In this document: positions 55,825 to 64,000 of the stretch, piece after piece
How positions within the stretch are numbered: position 1 is the first letter of the stretch
How the letters are laid out: each line of letters starts with the position of its first letter
NCBI GenBank assembly: GCA_030390025.1
Contig: JASTWF010000344.1
Coordinates: 124,001 to 188,000 of the forward strand
Origin: Squalus acanthias
Lineage: Eukaryota
Direction: 5' to 3'
Length of the DNA stretch: 64,000 nt
Notes under the pieces: model-generated
The model's database searches: none
What the model was told of the DNA's origin: nothing
What the model saw: only the letters and a program-made list of their open reading frames with translations
Position numbers and translations under genes: made by a program

Positions 55825-57165
55825 CACTATTATTTAAGGAGGGAGGGAGTAAGCAGGCAACTACAGACCTGTTAGTTTAACATCAGTTGTGGGAAAGTTA
55901 CTGGAACTTATCATCAGAGACAGACTGACTGAGCATTTGGATAAGTATGAATTGATCAAAGAGAGTCAGCATGGATTTGTGAAGGGTATGTCATGTCAGA
56001 CCAATCTAGTAGAATTTTTTGAGGGGGTTTCTAGCAAGGGGAGTGTCTACGGCTGATGTCTGTATGGACTTCCAGAGGCTTTTCACAAGGATCCACAAAA
56101 ATGAGAGCGCACAGACTTCGGTAACCTTGTGACATGGGTTGGTAATTGTTTGGGAGGTAGGAGACAGAGAGTAGGGATTAAGGGAACATTCTCTGCTTGG
56201 CAGGATGTGACAAGTGGTATTCCCCAGGGATCTGTATTGGTGTCTCAGCTTTTCACTATATATATCAATGACTTGAATGAAGGAATAGAGAGTTGTATAT
56301 CCAAGTTGACACTAAGTTAGGAGGCACAGTAAGTTGTGTAGATAGGAGCAGGAAGTTACAAAGTGACAGACAGATTAAGTGAGTGGGCAAAACTGTGGCA
56401 GGTGGAGTTCAATGCGGGTAAGTGTGAGGTCATCCACTTTGAACCCAAGGAAGACAAATTGGAATATTATCTTAATGGTGACAGACTAGGAATTGTGGAG
56501 GAGTAAAGAGATTTGGGAGTCCAGGTACACAAATCAATCAAAAAGGTTAATAGAATGTTAGCCTTTATCTCCAGGGGCTGGAATACAAATTTATGCTTCA
56601 GCTGTACAGAACCTTGGTCAGACCCCATCTGGAGCATTGCATTCAGTTCTGGGCACTGCACTTCAGGAAAGATATATTGGCCTTGGAGTGAGTGCAATTA
56701 AAGGGTTAATTTATGAGGATAGGTTGCATAAACTTGGTTTGTATTCCCTTGAGTTTAGAAGATTGAGGGGTGATTTAATTAAGGTGTTTAAACTGATAAA
56801 GGAATACGATAGGGTAGATAGAGAGAAACTGTTTCCTCTGGTGGCAAAATCCATAACAAGGGGGCATAACCTTAAAATTAGAGCCAGGCAGTTCAGGAGT
56901 GAAATCAGGAAGCACTTTTACACACAATGGGTAGTGGAAATCTGGAAATCCCTCCCCACAAAAGGTTGTGGATGCTGGGGGTCAATTGAAAATTTCAAGC
57001 TTGAGATCGACAGAATTTTGTTGCGTAAGGTTATCAAGGGATATGGAACAAAGGCAGGTAAATGGAGTTGAGGTACAGATCAGCCATGATCTAATTAAAT
57101 TGCGGAACTGGGGCTGAATGGTGGAACAGGCTTAAGGGGCTGAATAGCTTTCTCCAGTTCCTATG
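55825..57165 (+). mobile_element. Decayed CR1 LINE (RT to 3' UTR) just upstream of the UPF1 promoter
   Basis: Fragmented RT peptides (ORFs 56129.. and 56637..) and a CR1 3' UTR. Confidence 0.9.
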
Positions 57166-57456
57166 TAATGCCCCCCTGGTTTAATATTGCAAACTGGTAA
57201 ATGCCCCATCCCCCCAGTTAATGCCCTTCTGGTTTACTGTACCCTCTGGTTAATGCCTGCTCCCCCAGTTAATGCCCTTCTAGTTTACTATGCCCTCTGG
57301 TTAATGCCCCTCTGGTTGCCATCCCACTGTATGGGGCATGCTGAGTGTCTACTCTATCACCAGGAGAGCGCAGCTGGGATCGTATGTAGTGGAGCACAAG
57401 GTAAGTAGAGACAAGGAAGGCCACTTGGCCTGTCTTAGCTCATTTATCCAAAAAGA

Positions 57457-60400
57457 AACATACGAACATATGAATTAGGAGCAGGAGTAGGCCACTCGGC
57501 CCTTCGAGCCTGCTCTGCCATTCAATAAGATCATGGCTGATCCGATTACCCCACATTTCCGCCTACCCCCTATAACTTTTCACCCCTTGCTTGCCAAGAA
57601 TCTATCTACCTCTGCCTTAAAAGTATTCAAAGACTCTGCTTCCACCGCCCTCTGAGGAAGAGAGTTCCAAAGACTCACGACCCTCTGTGAGAAAAAAATT
57701 CTCCTCATTTCTGTCTTAAATGGGCGACCCCTTATTTTTAAACAGTGACTCCTAGTTCTAGATTCTCCCACAAGAGGAAACATCCTCTCCCCATCCACCC
57801 TGTCCAGACTCCTCAGGATCTTATATGTTTCAATCAAGTCACTTCTTACTCTTTTAAACTCCAGCAGATACAAGCCTAGCCTGTCCAACCTTTCCTCATA
57901 AGACAACCCGCCCATTCCAGGTATTAGTCTAGTAAACCTTCTCTGAACTGCTTCCAACGCATTTACATCCTTCCTTAAATAAGGAGACCAATACTGTACA
58001 CAGTACTCCAGATGTGGTCTCACCAATGCCCTGTATAACTGAAGCATAACCTCCCTACTTTTGTATTCAATTCCCCTCGCAATAAATGCTAACATTCTAT
58101 TAGCTTTCATAATTACTTGCTGTACCTGCATAGTAACCTTTTGCGATTCGTGCACTAGCACACCCTCTGCATCTCAGAGCTCTGCAATCTCTCACCATTT
58201 AGATAATATGCTTCTTTTTTATTCTTCCTGCCAATATGGACAACTTCACATTCTTTGCCCACTCACTTAACCTATCTATATCCCTTTGTAGCCTCCTGAT
58301 GTCCTCTTCACAATCTACTTTCCTACCTATCTTTGTGTCATCAGCAAATTTAGCAACCATACCTTCGGTCCCTTCATCCAAGTCATTTATATAAATTGTA
58401 AAAAGTTGAGGCCCCAGCACTGATCCCTGTGGCACACCACTCGTTACATCTTGCCAATCAGAAAATGACCCATTTATGCCTACTCTCTGTTTCCTGTTAG
58501 CTAGCCAATCTTCTATCCATGCCAATATGTTACCCCCTACACCATGAGCTTTTATTTTCCGCAATAACCTTTGATGTGGCACCTTATCAAATGCCTTCTG
58601 GAAATCTAAGTGCAGTACATCCACCAGTTCCCCTTTATCCACAGCACATGTTACTTCCTCAAAGAACTCCAATAAATTGGTTAAACATGATTTCTCTTTC
58701 ACAAAACCATGTGACTCTGCCTGATTACTTTGAACTTTTCTAAGTGCCCTGCTATAACGTCTTTAATAATAGCTTCTAACATCTTCCCTATGATAGATGT
58801 TAAGCTAACTGGCCTGTAGTTTCCTGCTTTCTGTCTCCCTCCCTTTTTGAATAAAGGAGTTACATTCGCTATTTTCCAATCTAATGGAACCTTCCCCGAA
58901 TCTAGGGAATTTTGGAAAATTAAAACCAACGCATCAACTATCTCACTAGCCACTTCTTTTAAGACCCTAGGATGAAGTCCATCAGGACCCGGGGACTTGT
59001 CAGCCCGCAGCTCCAACAATTTGCTCAGTACCACTTCCCTGGTGATTATAATTTTCTTGAGTTCCTCCCTCCCTTCCATTTCCTGATTTACAGCTATTTC
59101 TGGGATGTTACTTGTATCCGCTATAGTGAAGACCGATGCAAAATACCTGTTCAATTCAACTGTCATCTCCTTATTTTCCATTATTAATTCCCCAGACTCA
59201 CTTTTTATGGGACCAATGCTCACTTTGTTAACTCTTTTCTTTTTTAAATATCTATAGAAACTCTTACTATCTGTTTTTATATTTCTAGCTAGCTTTCTCT
59301 CGTACTCTAATTTTTCTCTCCTTATTAATCTTTTAGCCATTCTTTGCTGTTTTTTATATTCTGTCCAATCTTCTGACCTGCCACCCATCTTTGCGCAATT
59401 ATATGCTTTTTCTTTAAGTTTAATACTATCTTTAACTTTTTTAATTAACCACGGATGGTGGGTCCTCCTCTTGGAATTTTTCTTTTTTGTTGGAATGTAT
59501 ATATTCTGTGTATTTTGAAATATCCCCTTAAATGTCTGCCACTGCAACTCTATTGTCCTATCCCTTAACCTAATTGGCCAGTTCACTTTAGCTAGCTCTG
59601 CTTTCATGCCCTCCTAATTGCCCTTATTTAAGTTTAAAATACTAGTCTTGGACCCACTCCTCTCTCTCAAACTGAATGTAAAATTCAATCATATTATGAT
59701 CGTTGCTACCTAGGGGCGCCTTCAGTATGAGGTCATTAATTAATCCTATCTCGTTGCACAATACCATGTCTAGTATAGCCTGCTCTCTGGTTGGCCCCAG
59801 AACGTGCTGTTGTAAGAAACTATCCCGAAAACATTCCATGAACTCCTCATCTAGGCTACCTTTGCCCATCTGATTTTCCCAGTCGATATGCAGATTAAAA
59901 TCCCCCATGATTATTGCCGTACCCTTCTGACAAGCTCCCATTATTTCTTCCTTTATACTCCATCCTACCATGTGGTTACTGTTAGGGGGCCTGTACACCA
60001 CTCCCACAAGTGACTTCTTGCCTTTATTATTTCTCATCTCTACCCAAACCGCTTCGACATCCTGGTTTCCTGAACTTAGGTCATCCCTCTCTATTGTGCT
60101 AATACCATCATTAATTAACAGAGCCACCCCTCCACCTTTTCCCACCTTCCTGTCCTTCCTAAATGTCATGTACCCTTCAATATTCAGGTCCAAATCTATG
60201 TCATCTTGCAGCCATGTTTCTGTAATGGCTATCAGATCATATTTATTTATTTCTATTTGCGCTATCAGTTCATCTGTTTAGTTTCGAATGCTACGTGCAT
60301 TCAGATGCAGAGCCTTTAGTTTTGTCCTTTTATTATTTTTGTAACCTCTAGCCTTATCTGTTGATTTACTCTTAGATTTGTACTCTCTATCCCTTCCTGT

Positions 60401-61850
60401 CACGGTCTGTTTATCATTTCCCATATTAATACCTTTCTCTATTGCCTTGTCTCTAAGCTTTGAATTACCACATCTTCCCAAATTTGATCCTATGCCCCCA
60501 ATATTTAGTTCAAAGCCCTCTCTACCGCCCTAGTTATACGACTCGCCAGAACACTAGTCCCAACACGGTTCAGGTGAAGACCGTCCCAACGATACAGATC
60601 CCACTTTCCCCAGTACTGGTGCCAGTGCCCCAGGAATTGAAACCCATTCCTCCCACACCAGTCTTTGAGCCACACATTCATCTCTCTAATTTTATTTACC
60701 CTATGCCAATTTGCTCGTGGCTCAGGTAACAATGCAGACATTATTACCCTTGAGGTTCTGCTTTTTAATTTAGCCCCTAGCTGCTCATACTCTCTCAGCA
60801 GAACCTCTTTCCTAGTTCTACCTATGTCGTTGGTACCTACGTGGACCACGACCATTGGCTCCTCCCCCTCCCACTGCAAGTTCCTCTCCAGCCCAGAGCA
60901 GATGTCCCGAACCCTGGCACCGGGCAGGCAACACAGCCGTCTGGACTCTCGCTCTTGGCCGCAGAGAACTGTATCTATCCCCCTGACTATGCTGTCTCCA
61001 ATTACCACTACATTCCTATTAACTCCCCCCGCTTGAATGGCTTCCTGTACCTCGGTGCCATGGTCAGTTTGCTCATCCACCCTGCAGCCGCCGCTTTCAT
61101 CCATACAGGCCGCAAGAACCTCAAACCTGTTGGACAATTGCAAAGGCTGAGGCTCCTCCACTTCCTGGGTCCCCATACCTGCCTCACTCGCAGTCACATC
61201 CTCCTGTCCCTGACCACTGACCAAATCAGAAGACCCTATCCTAAGGGGTGTGACTGCCTCCTGGAATAAAGTGTCCAGGTAACTTTCCCCCTTCCTGATG
61301 TATCGCCGTGTCCGCAGCTCGGCCTCCAGCTCATCAACTCTGAGCCGAAGCTCCTCAAGCCGCAGACACTTACCGCAGACGTGTTCGTCCTGGATCACAC
61401 TGGCGTCCAGGAGCTCCCACATACTGCAGTCGCAACACATCACCTGCCCTGCCATCTTTATTGAGTCTTAATTAATTTATTTTTGTTAATTAATAAACCA
61501 TACTACACCTAATAAGATTTATTACTGCTAGTAAACTAGTACTAATGAAACCTTACAATTACTAATAAATTTCCTGGGCTTTAAAAGATAAGGGAAGTGA
61601 GCAAAATACTCACCAACCAATCACTTACCTCTTTCCCTGTGATGTCACCTTTTATTTTTCTCCAAATGTGGTTGGGGGGTGTCACAGAGCCGAACTCCCG
61701 CTGGTTCTCTGTCCCCTCTTGTGCAGCTTTTTAACTCCTGCTCTCCTGTAAGCTGACAAAGATAGAAAAAGAAAGGAACACCTCCCTCCCTGAACTCCCT
61801 CGCTCACCAAACTCGCAGCTTTACACTCTGTTCCGAGCTGCATTCTACAG
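57457..61850 (-). mobile_element. Full-length or near full-length CR1 LINE (5' UTR, ORF1, disrupted ORF2, 3' UTR)
   Basis: ORF1 at 60505..61455; ORF2 split into ORFs 60278..60481, 59642..60193, 58699..59607, 58199..58702 and 57580..58161; 3' tail at about 57457. The 5' end is approximate. Confidence 0.93.
60505..61455 (-). CDS. CR1 ORF1 protein (zinc finger, coiled coil, SGNH esterase-like domain), open frame
   Basis: CCDC...CGKC zinc knuckle, leucine-zipper LEELRLRVDELEAEL, and GDS, GTND and DGLH esterase motifs. Confidence 0.88.
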   Translation of the reverse strand: MAGQVMCCDCSMWELLDASVIQDEHVCGKCLRLEELRLRVDELEAELRTRRYIRKGESYLDTLFQEAVTPLRIGSSDLVSGQGQEDVTASEAGMGTQEVEEPQPLQLSNRFEVLAACMDESGGCRVDEQTDHGTEVQEAIQAGGVNRNVVVIGDSIVRGIDTVLCGQERESRRLCCLPGARVRDICSGLERNLQWEGEEPMVVVHVGTNDIGRTRKEVLLREYEQLGAKLKSRTSRVIMSALLPEPRANWHRVNKIREMNVWLKDWCGRNGFQFLGHWHQYWGKWDLYRWDGLHLNRVGTSVLASRITRAVERALN

Positions 61851-61892
61851 TTCCCCCATCACACCATCAATGTGTATGGTTTTTACTTCTAC

Positions 61893-63282
61893 CATAAGAA
61901 CATAAGAAATAGGAGCAGGAGTAGGCCATTTGGCCCTTCGAGCCTGCTCCGCCATCCAATGAGATCATGGCTGATCTTCTGCCTCAACTCCATTCACCGG
62001 CCCTATCGCCATATCCCTTGATGCCCTTAATAGTCAGAAATCTATCGACTTCTGTTTTGAATATACTCAATGACTGAGCCTCCACAGCCCTCTGGGGTAG
62101 AGAATTCCAAAGATTCACCACCCTCTGTGTGAAGAAATTTCTTCTCATCTCAGTCCTGAATGGCCTACCCTTTATCCTGAGGCTGTGGCACCTGGTTCTA
62201 GACTCCCCAGCCAATGGAAACATTCTCCCAGCATCCACCCTATCAAGCCCTGTAATAATTTTGTATGCTTCAATGAGATCCCCTCTCATTCTTCTGAATT
62301 CACGAGAATACAGGCCTAGTTTACTCAATTTCTTCTCATACGACAGTCCCGCCATCCCAGGAATCAATCTCATGAACCTTCGTTGCACTCCCTCAATGGC
62401 AAGTATATCCTTCCTTAGGTAAGGAGACCAAAATTGTACACAGTACTCTCGGTGTGGTCTCACCAAGGCCATATATAATTGGAGTAAGACTTCTTTACTC
62501 CTGTACTCAAATCCTCTTGTAATGAAGGCCAGCATACCATTTGCCTTCCTAATGGCTTGCTGCACATTCACTTTCAGTGACTCATGTACAAGGACACCCA
62601 GGTCCCTTTGAGCATCTGCATTCCCCAATCTTTCACCATTTAGGAAATACTCTGCCTTTCTGTTTTTTCTACCAAAGTGGATAATTTCACATTTATCCAC
62701 ATTATATTCCATCTGCCATGTTCTCGCCCACTCACTGAGCCTATCGAGATCCCCTTGAAGCCTCTTCACATCCTCTTCACAACTGACACTGCCACCTAGC
62801 TTTGTATCATCATCAAATTTGGAAATGTTACATTTAGTCCCCTCATCCAAATCATTGATATAGATTGTGAATAGCTGGGGCCCAAGCACCGATCCTTGCG
62901 GTACCCCACTAGCCACAGCCTGCCATCCTGAAAAAGACCCGTTTATCCCTACTCTTTGTTTTCTGTCTGTTAACCAATTCTCAATCCATGCTTGTATATT
63001 ACCCCCAATTCCATGTGCCCTAATTTTGTTCACCAACCTCTTGTGTGGGACCTTATCGAAGGCCTTCTGAAAATCCAAATACACCACATCTACTGGTTCC
63101 CCTTTGTCTACTCCACTAGTTACATCCTCAAAGAACTCCAATAGGTTTGTCAAACAGGACTTCCCTTTCATAAATCCATGTTGACTCTGCCCAATCTTAC
63201 TATTAGTTTCTAAGTGCCCAGTTATTGCATCCTTTATAATAGATTCCAGTATTTTCCCAACTACTGATGTGAGGCTAACAGG
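61893..63282 (-). mobile_element. 5'-truncated CR1 LINE (RT to 3' end)
   Basis: ORF 61984..63171 with RT motifs; CATAAGAA-type tail at the left end. Confidence 0.95.
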
Positions 63283-64000
63283 TAGAGGACACTAAGAATA
63301 TCCCAACACTGGACAAACAGGGGGCTCTAGTGGGGGAGGAGCTAAATACGATTAAAATTACTAAGGAATTGGTACTCAGTAAAATAATGGGACTCAAGGC
63401 GGATAAATCCCCTGGACCTGATGGCTTACATCCTAGGGTCTTGAGGGAAGTGGCAGTAGGAATTGTGGATGCTTTAGTAATAATTTTCCAAAACTCCCTG
63501 AACTCAGCAAAGGTCCCGGCAGATTGGAAAACTGCTAATGTAACACCCTTATTTAAAAAGGGTTGTAGGCAGAAGGCTGGAAATTATAGACCAGTTAGCC
63601 TAACATCTGTGGTGGGTAAAATTTTGGAGTCTATTATTAAGGAGACAGTAATGGAACATTTAGATAAACATAATTTAATAGGACAAAGTCAGCATGGCTT
63701 TATGAAGGGGAAGTCATGTCTGACAAATTTGCTCGAGTTCTTTGAGGACATAACGTACAGGGTGGATAAAGGGGAACCAGTGGATGTAGTGTATTTAGAC
63801 TTCCAGAAGGCATTCGACAAGGTGCCACATAAAAGATTATGACTCAAGATAAAAAATCACTGGATTGGGGGTAATATTCTGGCATGGGTGGAGGATTGGT
63901 TATCTAACAGGAAGCAGAGAGTTGGGATAAATGGTTCATTCTCGGACTGGCAACCAGTAGCCAGTGGTGTTCCGCAGGGGTCGGTGCTGGGTCCCCAACT
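63282..64000 (+). mobile_element. CR1 ORF2 fragment running off the right edge
   Basis: ORF 63330..63842 ([20 protein letters not shown]); VPQGSVLGP at the window end. Confidence 0.95.

Noticed and set aside
63171..63842. Twin-priming inversion of a single CR1
   Set aside because: Both halves contain the same RT segment with different sequence.

Overview
Vertebrate genomic DNA, most likely from a cartilaginous fish (inferred from the CR1/HER1-like LINE, Deu-domain SINE and Penelope-like repeat content). The window holds the 5' part of the NMD helicase gene UPF1 (RENT1) on the minus strand. I resolved coding exons 1-14 by hand: ATG at 55046, exon 14 ending at 341, 1911 nt or 637 codons in frame, all introns GT-AG. 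The gene continues past the left edge. Intron 1 is about 29.9 kb and intron 8 is a U12-type minor-spliceosome intron. A CpG-rich promoter with four CRE/ATF-like TGACGT motifs lies at about 55.4-55.5 kb. The rest is dominated by transposon material: CR1 LINEs (one nearly intact ORF2, one full-length copy with ORF1), L2 fragments, DeuSINEs, hAT and Tc1/mariner MITEs, and minisatellites. The most unusual item is a Penelope-like insert at 7040-7259 forming a perfect 89-bp-arm hairpin with a minimal hammerhead-ribozyme motif on each strand, sitting in a four-level nest of retroelements in intron 11. Other leads are a candidate NMD-triggering alternative donor after exon 10, a stop codon blocking the mammalian long-loop UPF1 isoform, and a possible microexon or recursive splice site in intron 1. 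Repeat boundaries are approximate and family names come from recall, not a database search.
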